The notes: generated from the sequence alone by a model not told the origin. DNA of 64,000 bases from Hyaloraphidium curvatum SAG 235-1 (GCA_025558095.1 JAIVFI010000030.1:186001-250000); one strand, 5' to 3'; positions 10,149 through 24,300 are shown, counted from the first letter of the stretch. Program-made: numbers and translations.

Positions 10149-12625
10149 ATGGCAGACGAGCTGCAGAAGCCGATGGAGGGGCTGGCGGTCGCGTCGGCAG
10201 ACGCCGATGGTGCGAAAGCGTCAAAGCAAGACAAATCCGGGAAGAAGGAGAAGAAACCCGTCGGGGACGGTTCCGCGAACCTCGAGGTTGGTGCAACTCC
10301 GCCGACCTCCCCAACGCCCTCTGACAACTGGAACGGTCGCAAACAGATGAGCCCTCCGCCTGAGGTTAGCGCGACACGGCCCCTCGCGAATGAAACGCGT
10401 TCCGGGTCGACTGACTCGGTCCTTCCGCTCGTGAAACCCAGTACATCCAATGGCGAATCTCCCTGTTCGACAAGTGGGTCCAAGATTACAACGCGGAGAT
10501 CGCCGGTATGCCATCAGCCGTTTCGGATTGCTTCGACCATGTGGGCTCACGGGACGGACGCCGCAGCCAAACCGCGGGTGCCAATCAAGGTGACCCTCCC
10601 CGACGGGCGTCAAATGGACGGCACGTCCTACGAGACGAGCCCCATGGACATTGCGAAGCTCATCAGCAAGTCGTTGGCCGAGCGGATCGTCATCGGAAAG
10701 GTGGACGGGAAGCTCTGGGACCTGGAGAGGCCGCTGGAGGCATCGTGCATGCTTGAGCTCCTGGACTTTGAGACTGAGGAGGGTCGGATGGTCTACTGGC
10801 ATTCCTCGGCACACGTTCTCGGGGAGGCATGCGAGCTGCACTACGGATGCCATCTCTGCATCGGCCCGCCGGTGGAGGAAGGCTTCTACTACGAGATGGC
10901 CATCGCGGACCGGGCGGTCACGCAGGCGGACTACCCGGCGCTCGAGACCCTTGCCAACAAGGCCATCAAGGAAAAGCAGAACTTTGTGCGCCTGTTTCTG
11001 AAGAAGGAGCAGCTGCTGGAGATGTTCAAGCACAACCCGTACAAACAGCACCTGATCAAGGACAAGGTGCCGGAGGAGGGATCGACGGTTTACCGCTGCG
11101 GCCCGCTCATCGACTTGTGCTACGGCCCGCACGTTCCAAACACCGGCCGGATCAAGGCATTTGCCGTAATGAAGAACTCGGCTTCTTACTTCCTCGGCGA
11201 CGCAAAGAACGACTCTCTGCAGCGCATCTACGGCATATCCTTCCCGGATGCCAAGCTCATGAAGGAGTACAAGGCGTTCCTCGAGGAGGCCTCGAAGCGG
11301 GACCACCGCAAGATTGGCCAACAGCAGGAGCTCTTCTTCTTCCACGAGCTCAGCCCGGGCGCGTGCTTCTTCCTGCCCCACGGTGCGCGGATCTACAACT
11401 CTCTGATAGAGCTTCAAAGGGTGGGTTTAAGCGCGACCCCAAAAGCCATAACACACCTGCTCACATCGCCGAAATGCTCCAGAGCGAGTACTGGAAGCGC
11501 GGTTTCTCCGAAGTCGTCACGCCCAACATGTACAACGCGAAGCTCTGGATGACCTCGGGACACTGGCAAAACTACCAGGAGGACATGTTCGTTTTTGACA
11601 TCGAGAAGGAGCAGTGGGCGCTCAAGCCCATGAACTGCCCCGGCCATTGCCTCATGTTTGCGTTCCGGGACCGGTCGTACAAGGAGCTCCCTATCCGGCT
11701 GGCGGACTTCGGAGTGCTACACAGGAACGAAGCCTCCGGAGCCCTCACGGGCCTGACGCGCGTGCGACGATTCCAGCAGGACGACGCGCACATCTTCTGC
11801 CGCGAAGATCAGGTAAGGTCTTGTTGCGTCCTGGGATGTGCTGTGCGACCTAACGTCCTGCGGAAGATTGAACAGGAGATCAACGGCGCCCTGGATTTCC
11901 TGAGCTGCATCTACGGGATCTTTGGCTTCACTTTCCAGCTGAAGCTGTCCACGCGGCCGGAAAAGTACCTCGGCGAGATCGAGCTCTGGGACAGGGCCGA
12001 AGGCATGCTCACGAACGCGTTGAATGCCTTTGGCCAAAAGTGGGAGTTGAATCCCGGTGACGGCGCCTTCTACGGACCGAAGATCGACATCACCATCTCG
12101 GACGCGCTGCGCCGCAAACACCAGTGCGCCACGATCCAGCTGGACTTCCAGCTTCCCATCCGCTTCAACCTCGAGTACCGCTCGGACGACGGTACCATGA
12201 AGCGCCCCGTGATCATCCACCGGGCGATCCTCGGCTCCGTGGAGCGCATGATCGCGATCCTGACGGAGAGCTTTGGCGGGAAATGGCCTTTCTGGCTGAG
12301 TCCCCGTCAAGTGGTGATCATCCCGATCGCCGCGGTGTACTACGACTACGCGGAGGAGGTCCGTAAGCGGCTTGCCGACAGCGGCCTCCATGCCGAGACG
12401 GACCTTTCGGACAATACCCTGAACAAGAAGATCCGGAACGCGGAAGTGGGGCAGTGGAACTTCATCTTTGTCGTCGGGGAACAGGAGATGAACGGGCGGA
12501 GCGCAAACGTGCGCAACCGGGACGACCCCAACTCGAAGAGCAAGGGGGAAGACAGGCCCCTTGACGAGCTTATTCCCAAGCTCGTCGAGCTCAAGCAGTC
12601 AAGGAGTCTGAAGCAGGAGATCTAA
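10149..12625 (+). CDS. THS1: Cytoplasmic threonyl-tRNA synthetase, multi-exon
   Basis: TGS domain, [74 protein letters not shown]. Confidence 0.97.
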
Positions 12626-12820
12626 AGTCAATAGATCGGTTTTCTTGCTGCGAATGACACCGAATTATGATGGAGGCCGCGCATGATGACTGACGCCTTG
12701 GGGGCAACTTGAGACCCAGTGCCTGTGTCCATCGCTCGCAATAATCTGCCTCCGCTAGCACTGCCGCCGACGAGGCCGCCGATCCCTTCCTTTGAACGGC
12801 AGTTGCAGACTGCTTCTTCG

Positions 12821-14437
12821 ATGAGAGGGAAGCCAACGTTCCGGCTGCTCGAAGAACGAGCGCTGTCACCCGGGACACGGAGCTACTCCCCGCAAATCGC
12901 GGGCTCTCTCGTCCACGGGTTTCCGTATCGGACCGAGATTCGGGGCGCGAAATCATGCGTCAATGCCATCTCTTTGGACAGCGACGGGAAGTTTCTTCTC
13001 GCGGGAGGAGACGACAGAAGGGTCCTTCTGTTTGACCTGGGCGACGACGTGACGGCTCTCCGACCCACGAAGGCGTTTCCGGGACACCAGAGCAACATCT
13101 TTGTCAACGTGTTTACCCCGGACGTGCAACGCATCTACTCCAGCGGCAACGATGGACTTATCGTCAAGCACAGTGTTGAAAAAGGCCTCGAGAGTGTGAT
13201 CCTTGCTCATGACGATGGCTGCCTTTCGATATCCTTGGACCCTCGGAACGACAAATGCCTGCTGTCCACGGGTCATGATGGAGCCGTGAAGCTGTGGGAT
13301 ATGCGCGACGATGAGGCAGCTGGCGAAATGCTCTTCCCCCACGAGATGAACTCCGTGGCCTGGAGTTCGGCCCCCAACGTGTTTGCCGCCGCCGGCAACC
13401 ACTCCGATCTTGCTCTGTACGACGCGCGCATGTGCTTCTCGTCGAGCTCGCGACGGGATCGTGCTCTTGTCCGTTACAACTTGCGGCTTTTCAGCCGGGC
13501 GCAGAACCGGCACGCGAAGTCGCTGGACGTCACGAACGTCGCGTTTTCTCCCTCGGGAAAGTACCTTGCGGCATCCGTCTCCAAATGGCTTCCGACGCTA
13601 TTTGCCACCGGGGAGCCATTGCCGGTCTGCGTGCTCGATCACAAGCCCGACGCCGATGCGCCCCCAGACGCCCCCAGATACCGCAACTCGTGCACCGTAA
13701 AGACGTGCAAGTTTGCATCTTACGCGGGGAAGGAGCTTTTCTTGTCCGGCTCCGATGATTTCTCTGCCTTTGCTTGGGCATTGCCGGCTACGTTCCCGAC
13801 GGGGGAAGCTGCGCGCCCTCTGGAAGACATTGGCTTCACGCATGCAGGAGGAATCCACTATCCGCACGCGATCGACAAGGCCAACCATGTGCTGCTCGGC
13901 GCGCGTTCCATAACGAACTCTGCCATAATGCACCCTACGTTGCCGTTCATCTTCACGGCGGGCGTCGAGAAGGTCGTCCGATTGCACAGCGCGGTGCCCC
14001 TGGACGATCGGCCTCCGGATCCGGCGCCGCAAAAGCGTACCTCGCACGTGGCCGACCCCGAACGGCGCAGACGTGTGCTGCGCGACATCATCGAAGGTGA
14101 CGGCATGGTTGCGGAAGAAGAGACTGAGCTCGGAGAGGACGAGCGAACGCTTGGTTTTTTTGACTTTCTGCTGAGCCGGGAAGGTCGGCGTTTCGGCGAA
14201 ACTGGGACGCTGACCGACGCCATGCTGCTTCCCGAAGGCGAAGGGCCGGAGTCGGATTCGTCGGAAGATGAGGACGACGACGAGTCGGCAGACACGGAGG
14301 AGTTTGAGTCCTGGCTGATGGAGGGGGCCGAGGACGACGATCAATCTGGCGGAGAGGGGTCGGACGGCAGCGACGGCTCCAGCGATGATCCGTCGGATGC
14401 ACGGGTGAAGCGTAGGCGTAGGATTGGCGACTTGTAG
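12821..14437 (+). CDS. WD40-repeat CUL4-DDB1 substrate receptor, DCAF5/WDR22-like
   Basis: LAGGDDRRVLLF, GHQSNIF, YRNSCTVKTCKF..LSGSDDF, RSITNS..TAGVEKVVRLHS; acidic tail. Confidence 0.8.
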   Translation: MRGKPTFRLLEERALSPGTRSYSPQIAGSLVHGFPYRTEIRGAKSCVNAISLDSDGKFLLAGGDDRRVLLFDLGDDVTALRPTKAFPGHQSNIFVNVFTPDVQRIYSSGNDGLIVKHSVEKGLESVILAHDDGCLSISLDPRNDKCLLSTGHDGAVKLWDMRDDEAAGEMLFPHEMNSVAWSSAPNVFAAAGNHSDLALYDARMCFSSSSRRDRALVRYNLRLFSRAQNRHAKSLDVTNVAFSPSGKYLAASVSKWLPTLFATGEPLPVCVLDHKPDADAPPDAPRYRNSCTVKTCKFASYAGKELFLSGSDDFSAFAWALPATFPTGEAARPLEDIGFTHAGGIHYPHAIDKANHVLLGARSITNSAIMHPTLPFIFTAGVEKVVRLHSAVPLDDRPPDPAPQKRTSHVADPERRRRVLRDIIEGDGMVAEEETELGEDERTLGFFDFLLSREGRRFGETGTLTDAMLLPEGEGPESDSSEDEDDDESADTEEFESWLMEGAEDDDQSGGEGSDGSDGSSDDPSDARVKRRRRIGDL

Positions 14438-14554
14438 CTTCTTCTATCGGAAGCTGTGTTCCTCGGGGTGTGAGGGTGATCTGACCTGGAACTCTGGGAG
14501 ACGCGTCATCATCGTCGGCCGAGCGCCATCCCCGGCCGGAACACCACCGCCGCC

Positions 14555-15899
14555 ATGGAGTTCACGTCGTCGCTGGGAGGCTCCCAGCGGCCATCGTTCT
14601 TTGAACTCTACAACGTGGAGCAGCTCCGCGAGATGATCCAGCCCGCCCTCAAGTACGGGCTCGCGGTCTACGCGCAGCGCTATCCGCGCTACTTCCTTCG
14701 GCTCGTGAACCGCCACGAGGAGTTCTACGCGTTGCTGATGACCGCGGTGGAGTGGCATTACCTCAAAGTCTGGAACGGGACCTTTGCCGAGAACTTCTAC
14801 GGCCTGCGACGCGTGCCGGTCATGGTCGGGCCCGGGGGAACGGACAGGGGCAGAGCTCTCTCGCTGCGGTCCCAGAACGCCGGTTTTGCGCGCAAGACAA
14901 AGGAGCCGGCTCCGCTCTCGGCCGCGGACGTCCGCTGGTCGATGTTCTTCTCGATTGTGGTGCCGTACATCAAGGTCAAACTGGACGAGGCGTACGACAT
15001 CCTGGGCGGCAACGTGGAAGCTGAAGGGCTCTTTGGGAGCTCTGATGAGGACCCGGATGAGGAGGTCGGGGTCGAGATGGACCGTTTGGGGGTTCCCCGG
15101 GTGGGTTGTGCTTCGGCAGCCCGCTTGTCCATCGCCAACAAGTTGGTCCTCCAGGGCTCGTTCAGGCACCGTTACGCCCTGTTTCAGTCGCGTCTGCGGC
15201 GATGGTTCAAGAAGATCTATCCATACACCAACGCCGCGTACCTTACGTGGATGCTGCTGTATCAGATCCTCTACCTCTACGGAAAGACGCGATACTTCAA
15301 CCCGTGGCTGCACTTCATGAAGCTGGAAGTCACGCGGATGACGATGGCCGACTATGTCAGTGTTCAGCGGCGTCGTCATTCTGCTTCGCTGATTGTCTCC
15401 ACCGTGACAGCGAACGGCACACGATCTTGAATCGGCGGCCCGCCCGACTTCCGCGTGGCGGATTATCAACTTTTTCCGCTCCATATCGTACAACCTCCTC
15501 GAGTTCCTGAAGTACACCTTGCCCCTTGCGCTTTTGAGCCTGCGCTTCCTGGAGTGGTGGTACCAGAGCCAGTTCAGCAAACGGGGAAGCGGCGTCGGGA
15601 AGCTTCCCGTCCCGCCGCCACCGGAACCTGTCGAGGTAAGCGATCACGTGGCCGTGTTACGGAGTCTTGCTTGACGCTTCTTGCAGCCGGACCCGTCTCT
15701 GACGCCGCTCCCCGCGGACCCCCTGACGTGCCCCATTTGCCTCCAACCGCGCACCAACCCCGCGGTCCTGCCGTCAGGTTACACCTTCTGCTACCCTTGC
15801 GCCTTCAAGGCCGTGGACGCGGATGGGAGGTGTCCGGTGACGGGGTGGGAGTGCACCACAGAGGAGATACGAAAGATCTTCGACGCGGGAACAAGCTAG
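14555..15899 (+). CDS. PEX12: Peroxin 12 RING E3 ligase, multi-exon
   Basis: RPSFFEL..QLREMIQPALKY, TFAENFYGLRR, LRFLEWWY, C-terminal RING CPICLQPRTNPAVLPSGYTFCYPC..CPVTG. Confidence 0.95.
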
Positions 15900-15939
15900 A
15901 GTCGTCGGTTGTGAAGACAAATGTCGACTTTAATGGCAC

Positions 15940-17610
15940 TTATTGCGCGATCCCTGCCTGTTTGGCCTCCTTCGAAAACTCACTGCGCAACGACGTCCGT
16001 TAGTGCGCCGCGGTCGGACGGAAACCCGGCTCGCCTCACCGTCCGATAAGCATTCTCCGGATCTCCGAAGTACCGGCGCCGATCTCGTACAGCTTCGCGT
16101 CCCTCACCAAACGCCCCGCCGGATAATCGTTGATGTATCCGTTGCTGATTGAGGAGGTGGATCAGCCGAGAACGGCGGCGCGGCGAGGGCGTGGCCAACC
16201 CACCCCCCAAGAATCTGCACCGCATCCAGCGCGCACTCCGTCGCCCGCTCCGCCGCGTACAGGATGACGCCCGCGCAGTCCTTGTTGGAAGCGTGGCCGA
16301 GCTCCGCGGCCCTCGCGACGGCGTAGGTGTAGGCCCGCGAGGCGCCGAGCTTGGTGTACATGTCGGCCAGCTTCCCCTGGATCAGCTGGAAGCTGCCGAT
16401 GTGCTGGCCAAACTGCTTCCGGCTGAAGGCGTAGGGGACGACGATGTCCAGTGCCGCCTGCATGATGCTGTTGGGCTGTCAGCCGCCGGTCTGGGCCTGG
16501 CTAACGGCAAACGCACCCCAGAGGCCCGGCAGAAAGAACGAGGCGTTCGAGGTCCAACCCGCTCATCAAGACGTAGACCCCCTTGTTGAGCTGGCCCAGC
16601 ACGTTTTCGGCGGGCACTTCGCAGTCTTCGAAGAACAGGGGGGCCGTGTTGCTGCCCCGCATGCCGAGCTTGTCCAGCTTTTGCCCAGTCGAGAAGCCCT
16701 TCATCCCCTTCTCGATCAGGAAAGCGGTCACGCCATGGGGTCCAGCCTTGGGCTCCGTCTTGGCGTAGACGACCAGGACATCGGCATCCTGGGAATAGGA
16801 GTGTCAGTGAGAATGCTGACACCGGCAGACGACGAACCAACCGGGCCGTTTGTGATCCACATCTTGGACCCGTTCAAAACGAAGACGTCACCCTCTCGGC
16901 GCGCGGTCGTCTGCATGGACACGACGTCCGACCCCGAGCCGGGCTCAGACATGGCGAGGGCCCCGACGTGTTCTCCCGAGATCAGCTGGATGGGAGATGT
17001 CAGCCACCGGGGACGCCCAGTCTCCGACAAAGCCCACCTTCGGGAGGTACTTCTCCTTCTGCTTCTCGTTGCCGTTCCGAACGATCTGGTTGACGCAGAG
17101 GTTCGAATGGGCACCGTACGACAAGGCCACGGACGCCGAGGCCCGCGACAGCTCCTCCATGGCCAGGACGTGGGCGAAGTAGCCCATGTCCGCGCCGCCG
17201 TACTCGGCCGGGGCGGTAATGCCCAGTAGCCCCATGTCGCCCATCTTCTTCCACATGTCCGCCGGGAACTGGTTCGTCTTGTCGACCTCGTCGGCGCGGG
17301 GTGCGAGCTCCCGCTGGGCAAAGTCGAAGACGGCCTCGCGGAGTTCCGCAAGCGCCGGAGTCAGGCCCGCGACGTGCGTCTGGGGTGGGAAGCACACGCA
17401 TCGCGAGCAGGGCATGTCATTGGGTGGATTCGAGTGCGGCTTTGGTTAGGGCAGGCCTGAATGCCGGTGTGACGGACGCACGTTGTAGCTGTCGTAGGCG
17501 AGGCCGCGGCGCGCATTCCGGGCCAGCGGCGCGGTGGCCGAGGAGCCCGGCGCCCGGCAAAGGGTCCGCGCGCCGAGCGACGCCGCTCTCCGGCCGAGGA
17601 CTCGCTGCAT
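15940..17610 (-). CDS. IVD: Isovaleryl-CoA dehydrogenase, mitochondrial, multi-exon
   Basis: Arg-rich presequence; [69 protein letters not shown]. Confidence 0.93.
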
Positions 17611-17749
17611 GATGCGGGAGGCTCTGACAGGATTCCGCACCGTGATCGGTACGCTGATCGGTAGGCACAGACGCTGCGTCAAAACAACCCAACAACTCCT
17701 CCCTCGCGCGAAGTCAGAAGGACTCGGGGAACCGTTCTGCGTGGAAAAG

Positions 17750-18277
17750 ATGACCAGAATACGGCGGAAGCGCATGCACGTTCGTGGCATCATCGGCCGC
17801 TACCCGGGACAGAGCCTCACCGCTTTTCTCGCTTCGATTTAGACCCGGATCCGCGACACCTATCGTAAGTTCAAGACTGCCAGACGGACGAAGGACCTCG
17901 TGGGCATCTTCTTCGTTGGCGGGAGCGTGCCCCCCGCTGACGTGTCTCTCTCCCGCGCACCCCAGGACCAAGTCGAAGACGACCTGAAGAAGGCCGCTGC
18001 AGGCGAAAAGATCGAAGCGCCGTACCACCTGGAAGCGGACGACCTTCCCGGCGGCGGAGAATTCCACTGCGCCGAGTGCGCCCGCTACTTTGTCTCGGAG
18101 GACGCTCTCGCGAAGCACACGGCCTCGAAGGTCCACAGGCGGCGGCTGAAGGAGCTGAAGGAGGGCGCCTTCACGCAGAAGGAGGCCGAGGAGGCGGTCG
18201 GCTTGAAAACGGACTCGACGCAGCGCCGCCGGACCACCGAGGACGTGACGATGGCGGGCACCGAGGAGGGCCGATGA
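17750..18277 (+). CDS. BUD20: C2H2 zinc-finger 60S biogenesis factor (Bud20/ZNF593)
   Basis: MTRIRRKR.., DQVEDDL, DDLPGGGEFHCAECARYF..HTASKVHRRRLKELKEGAFTQKEAE. Confidence 0.92.
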
Positions 18278-18292
18278 GGGAGGCCAGCGGCG

Positions 18293-20206
18293 TTACCGCC
18301 ATGCATTCGAGGGCGACGGGGGTATCGAGTGAGATACACCGTTGGCAACGGTTCCATCGCCCATGTGGGAGAGCGCTTTGATTAGGGTATGGAGGTTGGG
18401 GACGGTATGTCGGAGGTTGCTGACGGTGAGGCCGATGTGGTTCATGAGCTGGTCACGGAGATGCTTAGACAGGGTACTGGAAGTGGTAGAAAAATCCTTA
18501 CCTGTTCGATGTTCTTGTTGAGAAGAAAGACCCCGTAACCGTAACGGAACTTGTCCTGGCCCGCAGAGAAGAGCGGGAACCTGGTGCCAAACTTCAGACG
18601 CAGCGCTATCAGAGGCGGAGGCAAACGCACTCGGGGGCCGCCTTGTGCAGGCGGGATATCTCGTCGCGAACAGTCGACCGCGAGCACATCGGCCTCATGG
18701 GGTATCGCAAGTCCAAGCGGAGGTAAGAGGCTACGATGCAGACCATGTGGCACGTGTAGCCGAGGGCGGTTGCCGTGGTCTCCGGGTTAGGATCTGCAGA
18801 GAGCTGCTGAGCGCGCTGCAAGCAAGACAAATCGAATCCGAAGCCCACCTGGTGAATCCGAGTTCGGAAGCAGGATGCCATTGATCGTGAACGCGACAAC
18901 CCCCCGATCTTTGACCTGCACCGGACGGAGATGAATCACAGAGCGATGCGCCACAATGCCTACTGCTCACTGCTGCTATCCGGTAAATCTCGGCCAACTC
19001 CCGTACCAGGATACCGCAACGATTTCGCGTGGCATTCTGAATGCCCGCCAAACTCTCCGGCAACGCAGACTGCGCGGCAAGCTTATCGGCGAGCTCCTCC
19101 CGTCTCCTCGCCAGAGTGTCCCTCATGACGGCAAGGTTGCGCCGCCGATGTTCGAGCTCGCTCCGCCTCTCCCGCAGCTGGTTTGATTCCTGGTCCACCT
19201 CGAGCATCCAGACCACCGCGTCCTTGTCCAGGGCGGCGGTCTCCGACGCCTGCCTGTCCCGCTCGTGCAGCGGCTCCAATACGACATTGCGCTGTTCAAG
19301 AATGTCGGAAATATCCTTCCGCAAGATCTGGGCCTGGCGCACTGCCTCGGAAACCAAAGCCTGGCACTGATTCAATCGCAGGATCGTTTCGGAGTCGTAT
19401 GACCGCAGTGTCTGGAATGAAAACAGTGAGCGAATCGCACGGACACTGGACGCGAATAGACCAACTCGACTCTCCTCCACCCGCCATGGTGGAGGCACTC
19501 GGTCCGCTCGTGCTCGCTGGAAATGTGTCATGCATGGCCGACGGAAAGACACTTGATGCTACTTACAGCACAAGAAGCACAATAGACGTACAATCCGTCC
19601 CGAAGGAGGAGCAACAAGGTATTGGGGCCGTACTCGGTCAGCGACGAAAGCTGGAGACGTTGCCAGCTTGAGCCATTGGAGGCAGCCGTTGAGACTTCGA
19701 CTCACGTCCTTCCCAAGGTAGACCAGTCCAGCCAAATCGATCTCCAGATCGCGCAGTATAGCCCTCCGTTTTCCGCTCGCGCCCGGTCCGGGAGACACGA
19801 CCCAGACAGAGAGGAAAACCAGCCCACTCCGAAGGACTTCCAAGTCCTTGATCCGATCCTGCAAAGGCAACCAGCATGGATTTGCCGAATAGGGCGCGAC
19901 CTCGCTGGTATAGACGGGTTCCTCGGCTCCGGGAACCCGAATCTCGAAGAAGGAACAGGGTAGGTCCCGCAGCCTCCCCATCTTCTCCGCGCCGACGCCA
20001 TGTAGCCCATTTCCATCTCCAGCACTCGCAGAAGGGTCCGGTAGGCCTCGCCCATCGACCGCAGATGAGGCTGATCCGTCAACGGAGTTTGCCGGGAGCG
20101 AATCCGGTCCAGCTTCGCCGGAATCCCCAGCAGGCACACCCGCATCGAGTGCAACCTGAACGTTGCGCATCATAATCTCCACGACATGCCGAAGGCGAGG
20201 CTTCAT
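18293..20206 (-). CDS. UVRAG/Vps38 class III PI3K complex II subunit, multi-exon
   Basis: N-terminal RLRHV..C2-like PVYTSEV..SANPCW; coiled coil; TALGYTCHMV..YLRLDLRYPM; FPLFS..KFRYGYGVFLLNKNIEQL. Confidence 0.87.
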
Positions 20207-20464
20207 GGAGGAATCGCGTGAGGTGCGACCCGTTTATCCCCGTCGCGCGTCCTCACGCGAAAGAGGGTCGGCAGCTCCGAAAGACCGGCATGGAGGGCAC
20301 ATCCCGTGTCATCTAATTGTTCCGGAGGTTCATTCGACGCGTCCATGGCGTTTTGAGGCTACCGGTGGCATCGCCGGAATGCTCTTCCCTCCTCCGTGAT
20401 GGTTGCAGTGCGTGCGGAATGAAGTGCGACCCCGGTCCCTCTACCAACCGCGGAAACGGCATCA

Positions 20465-21223
20465 ATGGCCTCCACGATGAGCTCAGAATCGACTGCCATC
20501 GTGTCGCAAGGCGCGGACGAGGGGAGCCCGGCGTCGTCGAGGAAGAGCGCGAAGGGCGCGGACGCCAAACACCGAAGCTCGGGCGGTGCGAAGTCCAAGA
20601 CTTCGGCCGGCAAGGCCAAGAAGGGCACGCTGCAGCAGGTCAGCAACAGCTGCCTTCCTATCCGGCTTTCGCTGACGGGCGCGGACGCCGATCAAGACGA
20701 AGATAGACTTCACCAAATCGAAGACGCGAAACGAGGCACCCAACAAGAAGCGCAAGCGCGAGCAGCCGGACGAGGTGACCGAAGCCGAAGACAGCGAATC
20801 GAAACCTACGGAAATCGTGCTGCCGGAGCTTGAGCCGGGTTTCGGAGATGCGGGCGAGGAGGAGCGACCGGGTGGGTGCGAAACGGAAACACTCGCGCGC
20901 GACGCTCAAGGGGGGGACCCACGCCAGAGCCTGAAGTCAAAATCGAGGCGAAAGTGGTGACGATGACTGCAGAGGAGGCCGACGAGATCGAGAAGGTCCT
21001 GCGCGCCTTCGATCTGGACCCGACCTTCGGCCCGTGCGTCGGAATCACGCGGATGGAGAGATGGGATCGCGCGGTGGCCGTAGGTTTGCTCGTGTGGCTC
21101 GTGTGCTGCTTTCCTGATGTTTCCGCCGCTCAGCTGGGATTGGATCCTCCGGGACGCGTGCGGGACCTCCTCACCGAAAACACCTCATTTGCGTTCCCGC
21201 TGTGGCACGGGCAGGCGTTCTGA
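20465..21223 (+). CDS. POLD4: DNA polymerase delta subunit 4 (p12/Cdm1), multi-exon
   Basis: LRAFDLDPTFGPCVGITRMERWDRA..LGLDPPGRVRDLL..LWH signature. Confidence 0.88.
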
Positions 21224-21315
21224 ATTCAATGTATTCAATACCTCTCCTGCTGTGACAGTCACTCAAATACCAATCTGTAATATACCATCATCCGCTCCCT
21301 CGCTAATGTTCAAGA

Positions 21316-24300
21316 TCAGGCCTCGGAGAGTACCAGCGAGCTCCTGTGGTTCGACCCGACCGACGGCGGCCTGGCGATGTACACCTCGCTCTGCGGCCGG
21401 TTGCTGCGCTTGCTCTGACTTCCCACGCTTTTGCGCGAAGGCGTCGATGCCGTCGTGTGCGTCGAGTTGATGCTCCGCCGCCAGTTGGTCACTGCCTCGG
21501 TCTCCTCGCGCGGCTCGCGGTGCCTGGGCTCCGGCACGCCGGAGAACCGCCCGGGCCGCACGGCAGGCTGGTCCGCATCCGCGCTGCTCGAGAGCCCATA
21601 GTCGCGCGCGCTGTTGGCGGGCGTCCAGCTCCACCTCAGCCCGACGTTCCGCCCCTCGGCCTGGGCCGCCTGGGCGCTCCCCGACGAGTTGCTCGCAATC
21701 TCCGGCAACGACTCCCACTGCTCCAGCGCCAGGTGCTGCGTCCGGTTGCGCAGCTTGCGGCGGTAGAGCGAGTCCGTCTCCGTCTTCCGGTCCCGCCTCA
21801 GGGCGTCGCGGAGCCTCTGCACCTCCTCCTCGCCCTCCCACTGCACCGACTCGCGCGCCGCAGCCGGCGCCGCAGACTCGGGGCTCTTCTCGAAGGAGAG
21901 CGGCCTCCGTGCGTCGGAGCCCGTGGACTCCTCCCCGACGGAGCTGCGCTGCTGCCGCCAGCGGTCCCCGCTCGTCACGCTCGCCCTGCTCATGCGCTGC
22001 TGCACCTCCTTGGAGATTGCCGGCACGCTCGAAACCGAGCCTTCGCCCTCGACAAACTCGTGCGGCTCCTCCTCGACCGTCCCCGTTTCCTCCTCCTCGT
22101 ACTCGATGGGGCCAAACACCCACGACGCGTAGTCGATGAGCGTCTCGACGACGCTGCTGAGCACGGGCGTGTCCACGAGCAGCCGGTTCATGGCGATGGC
22201 CGACGCCGCCGTGCTCTCGTTGGCGGCGTCGGGGCTCTTCATCATGAGCGTGGGCGTGAACACGATCGCGAGGTTGCGCGACGTCATGCGGTTGACGTGC
22301 GAGTTTTGCGACACGCTGCGAAGCGACGGTCAGCTCAGGTTTCAAGGGGGCCAAGGCATCCGACGACGTACCGGTAGAGATGCTCGCTGATGTGCTTGAG
22401 CATCGCAAAGTGCTCTGGGCTCATGTAGTGCACGACGTCCTGGAGCGCAATCATGCGGCTGCGGTAGTCCTCGATCCTGGCCACCTCCAGAAACCGGTCG
22501 TAGAGCTTGGACTCGATCAGCGGCTCCTTGGTGGGTCCGAACCCGTCCCGCAGGATCGACTTGATGACCCCCGTGACGACGTGGATGTCGTTGTCGTAGA
22601 GGTGCCTCGGGTCGGCCGGGAGGGGTTCCAGGGGGGCGGCGGAGTAGGGCATGCCCGAGAACGACATGGATCGGCGGTGGTACGAGGGAGGCCTCTGCTG
22701 GATCGGGATGGAGATGGTGGCCGTCGGGGCGACCGCCGACCGGAGCTCCTCGGTGCTCGACGTCCGCGGGCTCTGCGGCAGCAGCTCGATCTCGTCGGCC
22801 TTCTCGGTAAACAGCTTCTTGAGCGTCTGCACCGTGCTGGCGTTGCCCGAGATGCGGTAGATCCCTTCCTGGTCCAGCCCGGCTTCGTCGACGAGGGCCA
22901 CGCACTTGCGCAGCCAGACGGGTATCGTGGGCAGGTTGTCCAGGTCCACGCCGCCCGCGGGCTCGGCGCCCAGCGGGTTGCTCGAGTAGTTGGACGCGGC
23001 CAGCGAGTGCCTGTTGTCCCCGATCGACCCGCGCCCGTCCCCGATCGACTGGCGGTTGTCCCCGATCGAGTGCCGGTTGTCGACGGGAGAGTCCACCACC
23101 CTGCGCCGGCGGGACATGCTCGTGCCCGTGGTCGCCGTCATGATGGACGGCTCCCTCCTCACGGTGCGCTGGGCCCACGTCATCGGCGCGTCGGCATCCA
23201 GCTCGCTCGCGGCCGTGCTCTGCCGCGTCGGCGAGGGCTGCCTCGGGGCCGAGGGCACACCGGACATCCTGTTTGCGTGCGTCGGGCCGGCATGCGGTAG
23301 CGTCTGGGCCCCCGGCATCGGCATCGTGGGCTTGGGAGGCGGCGGCGGCGGCGTCACGTCCCACGCCTTCCTCGAGACGATGTAGGTGTCGTCCCTGCTG
23401 ACCATGCCCGACATGCCCACGAACTTGCTCCGCAGCGAGCTCCGCGAATCCACGGTGCGGGCCTTTTCATCGACCCCGCGGCGGCCGCGCTTGGCGCTGC
23501 CCTTCCTCTCCCTGTCGTCGGGCTCCTCCCGGATCCGGGGCAGAGCCCCGGACGGTCCCGAGTCGTCGGGGCGGGCCGGCGGCGGCGGCGCCACCTTGGC
23601 CGCGTCGCCTCCCGAGAGCGGTTGGGTGGTCACCACCGGCGCGTCCTTCCAGCGCATGCCGAACCAGCGCGACATGCCCGAGGCCTCGCTGTCCGCGGCC
23701 GCCTGCGGCTCCTTGCCCTTGCCCTTGTCCCGCCCGGCGGGCTTCTTGGTGGGTTGCGAGGACTGCGGAGGCTGCACGAGGGTGGTGGTCCAATCCACCG
23801 CGGTGAAGGCGGCGAGCGCGGCGGGGGGCTGGAACGGCTGCGCCTGCGCAGCCGGCCGCGAGGGCGAAGCCGGGATGGGCACCAAGGTGGGAGCGACGGC
23901 GTCGGAGGATCCGAACACGAAGCCCTCGGCCGGCTTGGCAAAGTCCGGCGAGCGCAGGAAGGGGGCCTTGGATTCAGGTTCCGCCGGCGAAGGCACGGCC
24001 GAGTCGCCAGCGACCGCCGAAAAGTCCCGCTTCGGGCTCCCGGAGGGTTTTGCCGAAAGACCGATGCGTTCCCGCATCGCGCTCTCCCAGTGCAACATTT
24101 CCGAGTCGTCGCGCTTGAGGCTGCGCAGGGAAAGCGAGTGTTTGGGGAGGGAGAACCGGAGCACCAGCGGGTTCGCGCCGGCCTGCTCGAGCTTTGTCGT
24201 GGGCAGCAGAGAGAGGTAGTTGAGGGGTATCTGTCGATGGAATGGGAATGAGCTTGCCATCGTGCGGGCGTTGAGTGCGGTCAACCAACCATGCGGCCGC